Assembly (NCBI GenBank): GCA_964536515.1
Contig: CAZHXI010000005.1
Coordinates: 2,178-66,177 of the forward strand
Length of the DNA: 64,000 nt
Direction of reading: 5' to 3'
From: an uncultured Gammaproteobacteria bacterium
GTDB lineage: Bacteria; Patescibacteriota; Patescibacteriia; CAYZDG01
Shown here: one piece after another, positions 8,964 to 19,299 of the stretch
Layout of the letters: each line of letters opens with the position of its first letter
Numbering within the stretch: the first letter of the stretch is position 1
Position numbers and translations under genes: made by a program
Notes under the pieces: model-generated
Databases searched by the model: none
Told to the model about the DNA's origin: nothing
Seen by the model: the letters and a program-made list of their open reading frames with translations, nothing else

Positions 8964-10781
8964 CTACCGCAGCGGCCAGTCTAGCGGCAGCTCGCCGGTG
9001 AACGGGTAGTCGCCGAACAGCACATCCGCTACGCCGCCGCCCTCGGTTCCCGGCAGCCAAGCTGCCACCAGCGCATCTCCCCGAGCCGCCCTCGGCATAT
9101 CCAACGGTCGACCGGAGATAACGATGACGATGGTCTTCTCGCTCGCCGCACGTACCCGGGCAATGGCCTGCAGATCCTCCGGCGTCAGCGCGGGGTGCTC
9201 GGCGTCGCCCCAGCCCTCGGCGTACGGCGCCTCGCCCACCACGGCAATGCCCACGTCTGCCTTGGCTAGCCCGGACGTAAACATTCCATCGGGGCTGTAC
9301 TCAACCGTGGCCGTGGAGGATACCGCCTGCCGAATTGCATCTAGGATGGTGGTGCCGGGAATCCAATTGCCGTCTATGCCCTGCCACTCCACGGTCCAGC
9401 CGCCGGACTGACGGCCGAGGTTATGCGCAGATGATCCGGCGACGACGATGCGGCCTAGGTCCTTACGCAGCGGCAGCAAGCCGCCGCCGTCCTGGATAGT
9501 GACCAACGACTTCCGCACGGCCTCGCGGGCCAGCTGGCGGTGCTCGGCAGAGCCGAACTGAGCCTCCAACGAGCCGCCGGACTGACGGCCGTCGAACAGG
9601 CCAGCCGCAAACTTCGCCCGCAGGATACGCCGGACGGCGTCGTCTAGTCGCTCGGCGGAAACCTCGCCCTCGGCTATCGCCCGGCGGACGTAGCCGGTGA
9701 AAGACTTGTAGTCGTACGGCAGCATCACCATATCAACGCCCGCGTTGAGTGCGGTCACGGCGGCGCGGTACTCCCCACCCGGTATCTCGTACACGCCGTA
9801 CCAGTCCGAAACGACGAACCCGCGGAACCCGAGCTCGCCCTTCAGCACGTCCGTGAGCAGGTAGCGGCTAGCGGCTAGCTCCTCGCCGTTCCAGGTGGTG
9901 TGGCCGACCATGACGCTGGGGACGCCGGCAGCCACCGCAGCCTTGAAGGGCGGCAGGTGTACCCGCCGCAGCGTCGCCTCGTCTACGTTGGTCACGCCCT
10001 GGTCTATCTTGAAGTCTGGGTTGCCCGATGTACCCCACTCCATGTCGCCGGTGCCCACGTAGTGCTTCGCCGTGCCGATGACGGGAGCTCCCGCCGAAGC
10101 TTGCGACTGCAGACCTTCGATGTACGCTGCGCCCATCCGGCTAACCAGCGCGGCGTCGCTGCCGAACGCCTCGAACGTCCTGCCCCAGCGGGTATCCTTA
10201 ACCACGTCGATGCTCGGGCCGAAGTTCCAGTAGATGCCGGTCGCCGCCAGCTCGCGTGCGGTAGCAGCGCCGATGCGGCGCACCAGGTCCTCGTCACGGC
10301 TGGCGCCCAGGCCAATGTTGTGGGGGAATACGGTAGCGCCCAGCACGTTGGTATTGCCGTGGACCGCGTCTACGCCGTACAGCAGCGGTATACCCAGGCG
10401 GCTGCGGCGGGCGTACGCCTGGAAGTCCTCCACCATGTCGCGCCAGCCCGACGGAGTGTTCTCGTCCGGCTTTCCTCCGCCGCCGCTGAGCAGCGCACCG
10501 ATGCCGTACCTGGTAATGTCCGGCTTCCAGTGAATGCTGTTCTTCTCCACCAGGGCCATCTGGCCGATCTTCTCGTCTAGGGTCATGCAGCCGAGCAACG
10601 CCTCTACACGCTCGTCTACCGATAGGTCTGCCGAACGGTAGCGGCCGTCGCACTCGGGAGTCGAACCTGTGGGCAGCGGCATGTACCAGTGGCGGTACAG
10701 GCTGAACCCAATGGCAACGGCGGCCACGCCGAGCATTAGCCCGGCCCTAGCCCAGTCGCCACGACGATGGAAGAATCGCAT
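8964..10781 (-). CDS. glycoside hydrolase family 3 (beta-glucosidase), N-terminally anchored
   Basis: MTLDEKIGQM, DAVHG, RWGRTFE, AKHY, VVSDW nucleophile, AWLPGTEG. Confidence 0.92.
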   Translation of the reverse strand: MRFFHRRGDWARAGLMLGVAAVAIGFSLYRHWYMPLPTGSTPECDGRYRSADLSVDERVEALLGCMTLDEKIGQMALVEKNSIHWKPDITRYGIGALLSGGGGKPDENTPSGWRDMVEDFQAYARRSRLGIPLLYGVDAVHGNTNVLGATVFPHNIGLGASRDEDLVRRIGAATARELAATGIYWNFGPSIDVVKDTRWGRTFEAFGSDAALVSRMGAAYIEGLQSQASAGAPVIGTAKHYVGTGDMEWGTSGNPDFKIDQGVTNVDEATLRRVHLPPFKAAVAAGVPSVMVGHTTWNGEELAASRYLLTDVLKGELGFRGFVVSDWYGVYEIPGGEYRAAVTALNAGVDMVMLPYDYKSFTGYVRRAIAEGEVSAERLDDAVRRILRAKFAAGLFDGRQSGGSLEAQFGSAEHRQLAREAVRKSLVTIQDGGGLLPLRKDLGRIVVAGSSAHNLGRQSGGWTVEWQGIDGNWIPGTTILDAIRQAVSSTATVEYSPDGMFTSGLAKADVGIAVVGEAPYAEGWGDAEHPALTPEDLQAIARVRAASEKTIVIVISGRPLDMPRAARGDALVAAWLPGTEGGGVADVLFGDYPFTGELPLDWPLR

Positions 10782-10841
10782 ACCGGGTAGTATACGTTGA
10801 ATAGCCGTTCAGCGGCGAACCGCGGCTTAGCCTCGTACCCC

Positions 10842-11095
10842 TCTCGTCCCACCCAACAATACAAAAATGCCGGACCGCAGGGGTCCGTCACTTTTGTATG
10901 GCTCCGGGGGTGGGACTCCTGCTCCCCCGCTGCTCGCTACTTGCTCCGCGCGTGCTCGCAGCTCCGCCGCAGCCCGGGTGCTTCGCCGAGTGCCACCGGC
11001 ACTCGTCTCAGCTACCCTTCTCGTCCCACCCAACAATACAAAAATGCCGGACCGCAGGGGTCCGTCACTTTTGTATGGCTCCGGGGGTGGGACTC
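10842..11095. repeat. 77-bp direct repeat (10842-10918 and 11019-11095) including the tRNA-Asn 3' end
   Basis: identical tctcgtcccacc...ggctccgggggtgggactc copies 177 nt apart. Confidence 0.9.
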
Positions 11096-11150
11096 GAACC
11101 CACGACCAATTGGTTAACAGCCAACTGCTCTACCGCTGAGCTACCCCGGA
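11076..11150 (-). tRNA. tRNA-Asn(GTT)
   Basis: tccggggtagctcagcggtagagcagttggctGTTaaccaattggtcgtgggttcgagtcccacccccggagCCA. Confidence 0.95.
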
Positions 11151-11210
11151 ATAGGCAACCAATATACTCACGGTTGGCCCGCGCCGCAAGGCTCCGGAGG
11201 CTCGATGCCC

Positions 11211-11702
11211 CTACTGTCCCGCGTTCACCTCGTCTTCAGCCTGCTTCGCCAGCTCCAGCAGCGCCTCGGTCTCTTCGGCCGACAGATCCCTGGGCTTGGT
11301 ATCCTTCACGCAGAAAACGCCCACGGGCTGCTTCGTCTTCCGGTCGCACAGGGCCATGCCAGCGTAGAAGCGAATGTGGGGGTCGCCCACCACCATCGGA
11401 TTATCGGCGAACCGGGGATCCTCCAGCGTGTCGGGAACCACGAACAGGTACTTGGCCATCATGGCGTGGCCACAGAAGGAGATATCGCGATCGCCCTGCT
11501 TTACCATGGTACCCTGGCACGACTTGTAGTACTCACGGTCCCTATCCAGGATCGACACCGTGCTAATCGGCACATTCAGCTTCTCCAGCGCAGCGGCGGT
11601 AATGCGGTCGAACCGTTCCTCGGGCGGCGTATCTAGCAGCCCCAAGCGGTGGACCGCCTCTAGCCGAGCGCCCTCGTCTGCGGGAATTGGAGCATGCTCC
11701 AT
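11211..11702 (-). CDS. stand-alone GAF-domain protein
   Basis: LLDTPPEERFDRIT, SFCGHA, DPRFADNPMV, IRFYAG, GVFCVKD. Confidence 0.88.
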   Translation of the reverse strand: MEHAPIPADEGARLEAVHRLGLLDTPPEERFDRITAAALEKLNVPISTVSILDRDREYYKSCQGTMVKQGDRDISFCGHAMMAKYLFVVPDTLEDPRFADNPMVVGDPHIRFYAGMALCDRKTKQPVGVFCVKDTKPRDLSAEETEALLELAKQAEDEVNAGQ

Positions 11703-11715
11703 AGGTTGATTTTGG

Positions 11716-12201
11716 TTACTGAATTTTATCGTTGGGAATGACGGTCTCGATGCCCACGTACAGCTTCACCTCGCCGCCGGCGTCGAGGATGGGCGAAATG
11801 CGCAGCTGGGCGTGGTAGATGGTTCCATCGCGACGTCGGTTCTTAACCATCACGCTCGCCGACTGCTTCAGGTCCTTTATCTGGTGCCACAGCGCGGCGT
11901 AGAAATCCTGCGGCATCTGCTTGCCCCACAGCGCGGGCGTCTTGCCGATGACCTCGACGAGGGGATAGCCAGTTACCTCTTCAACCAGGCTGTTGGCGTA
12001 CAGGATGATGCCCTCCGGACTGGTGACCACCACCTGGTCCGTCATGCCCTCGAAGACGGAGTTCAGCTCGCCGCAGCGGCCGCACTTAATGTGCAGCGTG
12101 GCGCTGGCAAGGTCGCCCTTGGCCAGCAGCTTGCCGCACGAACGGCACCGGTGCTCGGTGTCGCCGCTCTCTCCGCTAGCTTGGTCCTCTTCTGGGCTCA
12201 T
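11716..12201 (-). CDS. Com-like zinc ribbon fused to PAS/PAC domain
   Basis: RCRSCGKLLAK...IKCGRCGELN followed by ILYAN..EEVTGY..EVIGKTP, NRRRDGT, ISPI. Confidence 0.8.
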   Translation of the reverse strand: MSPEEDQASGESGDTEHRCRSCGKLLAKGDLASATLHIKCGRCGELNSVFEGMTDQVVVTSPEGIILYANSLVEEVTGYPLVEVIGKTPALWGKQMPQDFYAALWHQIKDLKQSASVMVKNRRRDGTIYHAQLRISPILDAGGEVKLYVGIETVIPNDKIQ

Positions 12202-12248
12202 TGAAGTTGAGATTACACCTCGAGCTTCGCTGAGCTTCTGCGTGAAGC

Positions 12249-12893
12249 TTAGCTGCCGTACCCGGATCCGTCAAAGAGCCGTAGGGGGTCAATCCATTCC
12301 GCCAGGCTCTCGTCGGCGGAAACGTACCCACGTACGTTGGCATCAGCTCCGCGGTGGATGCCCAGGTGCAGGTGCTTACGCTCGCCGCCTGTTTCAGCCG
12401 ATCCCCCGGTGCCCAGCACGCCGAGAGCGTCGCCCGTCGCCAGGCGATCGCCAGCCTTTGCCGTGATGCTGGAGAGGCGCAGGTGGCCGTACACGACGGT
12501 AACCGGATCGCCACGCCGCTCACACGACTGCACCGCTACCCCGCCGTAGCCGCTGGCCGTACGGACAGACAGCAGCGGCCCGGCGCAGACGGCGCGAACC
12601 GGAACGTCTACGTTCGCCTCCTCCGGGAACGTCTCGTAGTCCACGCCGGTGTGGTAGCCGCTGAACCGTTCGGGCTGCACCGGCGAATCCTGCGGCGTAA
12701 CGTACGTTCCGAATCGCTTCTTGGTTACGCGCTCGGCGGCACCGTCTAGGGGCTGGATGAATGCGGCGGCGGACGACGTTGCCGCGGGCTGCGCCTGCTC
12801 CTCCGGAACCGGAGTCGGAGCTGCCGCAGGCACATCAGAACGCCCACACCCGAGCAGTACCATAGCTACAGAGGCAACCAGTAGGACCTTCAT
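12249..12893 (-). CDS. M23-family peptidase lipoprotein
   Basis: lipobox LLGC, HTGVD, YGHL, HLH. Confidence 0.85.
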   Translation of the reverse strand: MKVLLVASVAMVLLGCGRSDVPAAAPTPVPEEQAQPAATSSAAAFIQPLDGAAERVTKKRFGTYVTPQDSPVQPERFSGYHTGVDYETFPEEANVDVPVRAVCAGPLLSVRTASGYGGVAVQSCERRGDPVTVVYGHLRLSSITAKAGDRLATGDALGVLGTGGSAETGGERKHLHLGIHRGADANVRGYVSADESLAEWIDPLRLFDGSGYGS

Positions 12894-12943
12894 GGCCCCA
12901 GTATACCTTGCCCAGTCCCGCTGCCCGCCCCATACTCATGCGC

Positions 12944-14035
12944 ATGAAACAGACGTACGGCTACGACCTCCCCCAGCGGCTGGTGGCAACCCAGCCGGCT
13001 TCGCCACGCGACAGCGCCAAGCTGCTGGTATACCGTACCGAGACGGACGAGGTAATTCTGGATACCTTCCGGAACCTTGGCCGGTACCTGCCGTCCAAGT
13101 CGCTCCTCGTCTTCAACGACACCAAGGTGCTGCCCGCCCGGCTGCCGCTGGAGAAGACGACGGGCGGCATCGTCAACGCGCTGCTGCTGCTGAACGAGGT
13201 CCAGCCGAAGGATGCGACGGTACGCGCGATGGTAGATAGGAAGGTAACCGTCGGCGAGGAGCTGCACGTAGGCCCGTACCGCTTCAGCGTCGTGGGGCAG
13301 GATGCGCACGTCTTCACCCTCCGGCCGCGCTTCGCCATGGCTGAGCTCAACGACGTCGCCACCCGCTACGGCCGCACACCAATTCCGCCGTACCTGAAGG
13401 CAACCAGCCTGCCCGAGGCTGAGCTGCGCAAGAAGTACCAGAGCATCTTCGCCGAGAACCCGGCGTCCGTTGCTGCCCCCACGGCTAGCCTCCACTTCAC
13501 GCCCCGGCTAATGGGTAGCCTAAGCCGGAGCGGGATTGCCCGCGCATCGGTTACCCTGCACGTGGGCAGCGGCACATTCGCGCCGCTGACGGACGAGAAC
13601 CTGCGAACCAAGAAGCTATTCCGGGAATTCTGGGAGCTGTCGACCCGAGAGGCGGCGAGGATCAACGCAGCGAGACGCTCTGGGCGCCCGGTGATTGCCG
13701 TGGGGACAACGGCCACGCGAGCGCTGGAGTCAGCACTTCCCTACCTCCCCCCTGCCCGAGGGGGGATTAAGGGGGGTGGGAGCAAAGGGGAGATGCCCGC
13801 GGGGCAGAGGGGGTCCAAAGGATCTACGCAGCTCTTCATTACCCCGGGCTACAAATTCCATGCCATCGACGGGCTCATCACCAACTTCCACTTACCCGGC
13901 TCGTCGCTGATGTACCTGGTAGACGCCTTCCTGCAGCACCGGGGAGCACGGCGATCCATTCTCGATCTGTACGCCCTGGCTATCCGCAACGATTTTCGGT
14001 TCTATTCATTCGGCGACGGAATGGTAATCCTGTAG
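12944..14035 (+). CDS. queA: tRNA preQ1(34) S-adenosylmethionine ribosyltransferase-isomerase
   Basis: YDLP, FNDTKVLPAR, PIPPY, SVAAPTASLHFT, AVGTT, TNFHLP, FYSFGDGM. Confidence 0.95.
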   Translation: MKQTYGYDLPQRLVATQPASPRDSAKLLVYRTETDEVILDTFRNLGRYLPSKSLLVFNDTKVLPARLPLEKTTGGIVNALLLLNEVQPKDATVRAMVDRKVTVGEELHVGPYRFSVVGQDAHVFTLRPRFAMAELNDVATRYGRTPIPPYLKATSLPEAELRKKYQSIFAENPASVAAPTASLHFTPRLMGSLSRSGIARASVTLHVGSGTFAPLTDENLRTKKLFREFWELSTREAARINAARRSGRPVIAVGTTATRALESALPYLPPARGGIKGGGSKGEMPAGQRGSKGSTQLFITPGYKFHAIDGLITNFHLPGSSLMYLVDAFLQHRGARRSILDLYALAIRNDFRFYSFGDGMVIL

Positions 14036-14067
14036 GCTGCGGCGGGCGACGACGTAGACGGAACGAC

Positions 14068-14096
14068 GTAGGGACGTTGCAATGCAACGTCCCTAC
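14068..14096. repeat. GTAG-type REP palindrome
   Basis: gtagggacgttgc-aat-gcaacgtccctac between convergent genes. Confidence 0.75.
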
Positions 14097-14119
14097 CCCG
14101 ATCGCAACCGAAACCGAAC

Positions 14120-16318
14120 CTAACGTAATTCCAGGTGTGTCCGCCGCAGCCGTAGGCTATTCAGCACCACGCTGACGCTGGAGAAAGCCATGGCGCCGCC
14201 CGCGATGATCGGGTTCAACAGGCCGAGTGCAGCCAACGGGATGCCAACCACGTTGTAGATGAAAGCCCAGAACAGATTCTGGCGGATGGCGCGGAACGTG
14301 GCACGTGAGAGCGCCAGCGCCTCCACCACCTTCAGCGGGTTGCCCTGCACCAGCACGAGGTCGCCCGCCTCAATGGCGATGTCGGTACCGGTACCCATGG
14401 CAATGCCCAAGTCTGCCTGGGCTAGCGCCGGGGCATCGTTAATGCCGTCGCCCACGAACGCCACCTTGGCACCGCCAGCCTGCAGCTCGCGGACGCGCTC
14501 GAGCTTATCGGCCGGCTGGACCCGGGCGAATACCTGCGAGATGCCCACGGCGGCGGCAATGGCGCGACCCGTTGCCTCGTTGTCGCCGGTGACCATGGCC
14601 GTGCGGACGCCGGCCGCGTGCAGCTGCGCCACCGCAGCCGCAGCCTCCGGCTTAACCGGGTCGGCAATGGCAATGAGGCCCAGTAGGCTGCCGCCCCTGG
14701 CCACGCCGACCACGGTCTTGGCGGCGGCCTCCATCTCTGCCGCACGCGCGGCAAGCGTGGACGAATCTACCCCGCGGCTACCGAGGAACCGCAGGCTGCC
14801 GACTGCTGCCTCTTTGCCCTCAACGGTCGCCGCCACGCCGCCGCCGGCGGTATTCTGGAACTGGCTCACCGGCAGCAGCCCCAGGCTCCGCTCCTCCGCG
14901 GCACCCAGAATTGCCTGCGCCAACGGGTGCGAGGAGCCGTGCTCCACGCTGGCGGCCAGCTGGATGACGTCGCCGTCCGAAGACCCGCTCGCCGCCACCA
15001 CCGCATCCACCGCTGGCTTGCCCATGGTGAGCGTGCCCGTCTTGTCGAGGAGGACAACGCTCACCCCCCGCGCCTTCTCGAACGACTCGCCGCTCTTGAT
15101 GAGCACGCCCCGCTGAGCCCCGCGGCCGGTGCCCACCATAATAGCCGTCGGGGTAGCCAAGCCGAGCGCGCACGGGCAGGCAATAACCAGCACGGCTACA
15201 GCTGGTATGACCGCCGTGGTCCAGTCACCCGTTGCCAGCCACCAGCCCACGGCCGTCAGCAGGGCGATGCCCAAGACAATGGGCACGAACACTGCCGAGA
15301 TGCGGTCGGCCAGCTTCTGGATGGGCGCCTTGTGCGTCTGCGCATCGCTCACCATCTTAACCATCTGAGCCAGCACCGTGCCGGCACCGGTGGCCGTAAC
15401 CTGCACGTGCAGCAGCCCGTCTACGTTCACCGTTGCACCAACGACCGCATCGCCGACCCGCTTGCGCACGGGCATGCTCTCGCCGGTAATCATAGATTCA
15501 TCCAGCGATGCCTCGCCGCTCGTTATACGGCCGTCCACCGGCACCTTCTCGCCCGGCCGTACCACCACGGTGTCGCCGACCTTAACCTGCTCTATTAGCA
15601 CCTCGTGCTCCACGCCATTCACCAGCACGCGGGCGGTCTTGGCGCCCAGCTCCAGCAGCGCCTGGATAGCAGCGCTGGCCCGCCCCCTACTTGCAGCCTC
15701 AAAAAATCGGCCCAGTAGGATGAGCGCCACAATGACCGCGCCGGTCTCGAAGTACATCTCTGCCCGGCTCGCCAGCAGCGCCCACCAGCTGAACGCCAGC
15801 GCCGCCAGGGTACCGAGCGAGATGAGCGTATCCATATCTGCGGCGCGCCGCCGAATTGCCCGAACCAAGCCGACGTGGAACTGCCAGCCCAGAACGACGA
15901 TGGTCACCGTAGCCAGCACCGCGACGATCCAGACGCTGGTGGTCATCCCGCCGAACTGGCCGGGCAGCTCGATGCCCGCCATAGCCAGCACGGCGACCGG
16001 CAGAGCCAACGCCATTGCAACGAAAGCTTTGGTTCGTGCGCCGCTGACCTCATCTGCCTCCGGCGCTCCCCCGTGGTGGCTGTGATCGCCGCCGGCGCCG
16101 TGGCCCATGTGCCCCGCCACCTTGTACCCGTTCGCCTCTACCGCAGCGTGCAGCCGGTGCTCGGATACCTGCGACTCATCGTACTCCACGGTAGCAGTTC
16201 GCAGCGGCAGGTTTACGCTCGCCCGTTTAACCCCCGGAACATCCAGCAGGCTCTGCTCGTTACGCAGCACGCACGAGGCGCAGTGCATGCCCTGAATTGA
16301 GAACGTTATCTCTTTCAT
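14120..16318 (-). CDS. copA: copper-translocating P1B ATPase
   Basis: GMHCASC HMA domain, TGES, CPC, DKTGT, HP, GDGIND, YN and MAFSS. Confidence 0.93.
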   Translation of the reverse strand: MKEITFSIQGMHCASCVLRNEQSLLDVPGVKRASVNLPLRTATVEYDESQVSEHRLHAAVEANGYKVAGHMGHGAGGDHSHHGGAPEADEVSGARTKAFVAMALALPVAVLAMAGIELPGQFGGMTTSVWIVAVLATVTIVVLGWQFHVGLVRAIRRRAADMDTLISLGTLAALAFSWWALLASRAEMYFETGAVIVALILLGRFFEAASRGRASAAIQALLELGAKTARVLVNGVEHEVLIEQVKVGDTVVVRPGEKVPVDGRITSGEASLDESMITGESMPVRKRVGDAVVGATVNVDGLLHVQVTATGAGTVLAQMVKMVSDAQTHKAPIQKLADRISAVFVPIVLGIALLTAVGWWLATGDWTTAVIPAVAVLVIACPCALGLATPTAIMVGTGRGAQRGVLIKSGESFEKARGVSVVLLDKTGTLTMGKPAVDAVVAASGSSDGDVIQLAASVEHGSSHPLAQAILGAAEERSLGLLPVSQFQNTAGGGVAATVEGKEAAVGSLRFLGSRGVDSSTLAARAAEMEAAAKTVVGVARGGSLLGLIAIADPVKPEAAAAVAQLHAAGVRTAMVTGDNEATGRAIAAAVGISQVFARVQPADKLERVRELQAGGAKVAFVGDGINDAPALAQADLGIAMGTGTDIAIEAGDLVLVQGNPLKVVEALALSRATFRAIRQNLFWAFIYNVVGIPLAALGLLNPIIAGGAMAFSSVSVVLNSLRLRRTHLELR

Positions 16319-16324
16319 ATGCCT

Positions 16325-17494
16325 CTAGATGACCAGGAACTGCGCGCCGGGCGTAGTCATGCCCATGCTGCAGCTGAAGGGAATTATGCCTGGACGGGTG
16401 GGCGTGAAGCGGACCACCGTTACCCCGCGGGGCTTGAGCAGCTCCTGCACCCCGGCGGCCCGGGCGACGATGACGCGGGCGCAGCCGGCAGCTTCGCTGC
16501 CGTCTATACGCCACTCCACCGGCACGCCCGCCCGAACGGTGAATACTGCTGGCTCGTAGTCGTAATCTACCACCTTCATCTCTACGACCTGCACCCCGTC
16601 CCGCGCCACAGCTGCGGCTGCCGGCCACGCAGAATCTGGACGAGATAGGGCGGGCACGGGCCAGCCAGCGGCAGCCCAGCCCGCGCGGAAGTTGAACACG
16701 CCCAAGACGAGGACCAGCACAGCCGCAGCTGCCGAAGCGTACCGCTGCCACCGTCCGGTGCCGAAGCTAGCAGCCGCGCCCAGCGCCAGTAGGCCAGGCG
16801 TGGTGCCGAGGGCGAAGGCGCCCAGCAGCAGCGCGCCCTGGGTAGGGCTGCCGAGGGTGAGCACGTACAGCTGCATTGCCTGCGTGAAGCCGCAGGGCAG
16901 GAAGAACGTCAGGCTGCCGCCCAGGAAGACGCCCCAGGCGCCGCTGCCCCGCATCCGGTAGACCCGTGCGGCCAGCCACTTGGGTGGCCGTGGCTGCAGC
17001 CGCTGCAGCCACGGCCAGCTGCCGATCATATTCAGGCCGGTGATGACCATCAGCGCGCCGACTACCAGGGTGAAGATGCCCGCGGCAGCCGGAGACAGGG
17101 TGATCGCCGAGCCGACCAAGCCAACGAGCGCGCCGAATCCGGCGTACCCCACGACACGGCCGAAGTTGAATAGAACGTGGGGACGGAAACGCTGCTGGCC
17201 AGTCAGCTCCGGATGCGCCTGACGGTAGCGGCTAGCTGCGGCTAGCACCAAGCTGCCGGTTACAGCGGCACAGGTAGAGACAGACGCGATTAGCCCGAGG
17301 ATGATTGCCGCACCGAAGCCGGTACCAGCACCGACCCCGACGCTATCCGGCAAGATATTGGCGGCGCGCAGGATAAGGTAGAGCGCCAGCAGCGCCACGG
17401 CTGCGCCGCCGACCTCCAGCCAGCGTCGTCCGTGCGCCGGGGAGCACCCTAAGTTCACATTTGGATCATTCTGCATACGGTAAATGAAAGCCAC
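16325..17494 (-). CDS. DsbD_2/TauE-SafE-like membrane protein with C-terminal cupredoxin domain
   Basis: STC...G, FFLPCGFTQ, C-terminal GC..., FSCSMGM; directly upstream of copA. Confidence 0.8.
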   Translation of the reverse strand: MAFIYRMQNDPNVNLGCSPAHGRRWLEVGGAAVALLALYLILRAANILPDSVGVGAGTGFGAAIILGLIASVSTCAAVTGSLVLAAASRYRQAHPELTGQQRFRPHVLFNFGRVVGYAGFGALVGLVGSAITLSPAAAGIFTLVVGALMVITGLNMIGSWPWLQRLQPRPPKWLAARVYRMRGSGAWGVFLGGSLTFFLPCGFTQAMQLYVLTLGSPTQGALLLGAFALGTTPGLLALGAAASFGTGRWQRYASAAAAVLVLVLGVFNFRAGWAAAGWPVPALSRPDSAWPAAAAVARDGVQVVEMKVVDYDYEPAVFTVRAGVPVEWRIDGSEAAGCARVIVARAAGVQELLKPRGVTVVRFTPTRPGIIPFSCSMGMTTPGAQFLVI

Positions 17495-17536
17495 GGATTA
17501 AGTGGATGCACGCCGAGCAGCGAAGAGCTGCTACGG

Positions 17537-17931
17537 CTACCGTACTGCGACGAATAGTTTAGGATTCAAGATGCCGTCCGACAGCATCTCATCTAGGTAG
17601 CTAGCGCCGGGTGGACGGAACCGCTGCCGTTGGAACCGAACGTCTACCAGCAGCGGCGCAGCGACCGCAGCCAGCGGCGCCACGACGATTGCGAGTACCA
17701 AGGCTGCCAGGATACCGAGGTGGATGCTGGCCGCGGGCGTGCTGCGCAGCTGGTCCTGCCACCAGGCCAGGTGCTCGCCTACGTCCATGCCCATGCTGGA
17801 TCCGCAGCCGTGGCAGTGCTCTGGCTCGTGGCTAGCCATAGCTACGCACCAGCGCAAGCCGACGGTCGCCAGCGCAATTAGCGCTGCCGTAGCCACTAGG
17901 GTAGCCCACCTGGGTGCCATTTTTTCTCGCA
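17537..17931 (-). CDS. small membrane protein with His/Cys motif
   Basis: TM-HEPEHCHGC..HLAWW-TM, ends SDGILNPK; TATAGT -10 before ATG. Confidence 0.55.
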
Positions 17932-18009
17932 TAGCACCACCACTATACACCGGCATATGTCCAGGGCAACAATTGCCATACCCGCCCCGTCCGGTATAGT
18001 TTGGAGGCT

Positions 18010-19263
18010 ATGCGGCAGACACACCTATTCACCAAGACACGCAAGGATGCTCCCTCCGACGAGCAGTCCCCCAACGCCAAGCTGCTCATCCGCGGAGGCT
18101 ACGTGCACAAGAGCCTGGCCGGGGTCTACTCCTTCCTGCCCCTGGGCCTGCGCGTGCTTAACAAGGTCAACGCCATTATCCGGCGCGAGATGGACGCCAT
18201 TGGGGGCCAAGAGGTTAGCCTGGCCAGCCTGCAGGACCCCGAGCTATGGAAGAAGACGAACCGCTGGGATGACGCCGCCGTAGACGCCTGGTTCAAGACC
18301 AGCCTCAAGAGCAAAGCTGAGCTTGGCCTAGCCTTCACCCACGAGGAGCCGCTGACGCAGCTGATGCGCGACCACATTAGCTCGTACCGCGACCTGCCGC
18401 AGTTCGTTTACCAAATCCAAACCAAGTTCCGCAACGAGGCGCGCGCCAAGAGCGGCCTGATGCGCACCCGCGAGTTCCTGATGAAGGACCTGTACTCGTT
18501 CAGCGCCACCGAGGCCGAGCTAGACGAGTTCTACGAGAAGGCCAAGGCAGCCTACATGAACGTCTTCAACGCCGTGGGCCTGGGCGAGAAGACCTTCGTC
18601 ACCTTCGCCAGCGGCGGAGCCTTCAGCAAATTCTCGCACGAGTTCCAGACGCTATGCGAGAGCGGCGAGGATACCATCTACCTCTCCGAGGACAGGAAGA
18701 TCGCCATCAACGCCGAGGTAATGGACGAGGCGGTGCTGGCCGAACTGGGCTTGGACAAGCGACACCTTAAGGAGGTGAAGGCTATCGAGGTCGGCAACAT
18801 CTTCAAGCTCGGCACGCGTTTCTCGCAGGCCATTGGCTTGAACTTCGTTAACCAGGACGGCGCCAACCAGCCGGTGGTTATGGGTAGCTACGGCATTGGC
18901 CCAGCCCGTGTGCTGGCCACGGTGGCCGAGCTGCACGCCGACGCGAAGGGTTTGGTGTGGCCGGAGTCTATCGCGCCGTTCAAGGTTCACCTGCTGTGCC
19001 TGGCGCCCGAGAAGGCAGAGGTGGCCAAAGCAGCAGACGAGCTGTACGCCAGCCTGCAGACCGCCGGGGTCGAGGTGCTGTACGACGACCGCATGGCCAG
19101 CGCCGGCGCCAAGTTCGCGGAGGCTGACCTAATGGGTATGCCGTGGCGCGTTGTAGTTTCCGAGAAGACCCTGGCCCAGCAGTCCGTTGAATTGAAGCGC
19201 CGTACCGAGGAGAAGGCCGAGCTGGTGAAGCTGGCCGACGCCGTGCGCACGTTGGTAGCCTAG
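18010..19263 (+). CDS. proS: prolyl-tRNA synthetase (short form without editing domain)
   Basis: THEE, QIQTKFRNE, GLMRTREF.MKD, EVGNIFKLG, MGSYGIG, anticodon-binding domain. Confidence 0.95.
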   Translation: MRQTHLFTKTRKDAPSDEQSPNAKLLIRGGYVHKSLAGVYSFLPLGLRVLNKVNAIIRREMDAIGGQEVSLASLQDPELWKKTNRWDDAAVDAWFKTSLKSKAELGLAFTHEEPLTQLMRDHISSYRDLPQFVYQIQTKFRNEARAKSGLMRTREFLMKDLYSFSATEAELDEFYEKAKAAYMNVFNAVGLGEKTFVTFASGGAFSKFSHEFQTLCESGEDTIYLSEDRKIAINAEVMDEAVLAELGLDKRHLKEVKAIEVGNIFKLGTRFSQAIGLNFVNQDGANQPVVMGSYGIGPARVLATVAELHADAKGLVWPESIAPFKVHLLCLAPEKAEVAKAADELYASLQTAGVEVLYDDRMASAGAKFAEADLMGMPWRVVVSEKTLAQQSVELKRRTEEKAELVKLADAVRTLVA

Positions 19264-19264
19264 C

Positions 19265-19293
19265 TTGACAGCGCCGAGACGTAAGCCTAAGGT
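19265..19293 (+). promoter_or_regulatory. sigma70 promoter
   Basis: TTGACA-17 nt-TAAGGT. Confidence 0.65.
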
Positions 19294-19299
19294 AGCCTC

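Noticed and set aside
10842-11095. CRISPR array or prophage attL/attR
   Set aside because: Only two 77-bp copies; no cas or integrase genes, and only 100 nt between the copies
10797-11566. ORFs 10797..11117, 10867..11139, 10898..11566
   Set aside because: Translations of the tRNA and its duplicated flank, or antisense to the GAF gene
14120-17931. Copper cluster as a novel system
   Set aside because: DsbD_2-cupredoxin plus CopA is a common known arrangement
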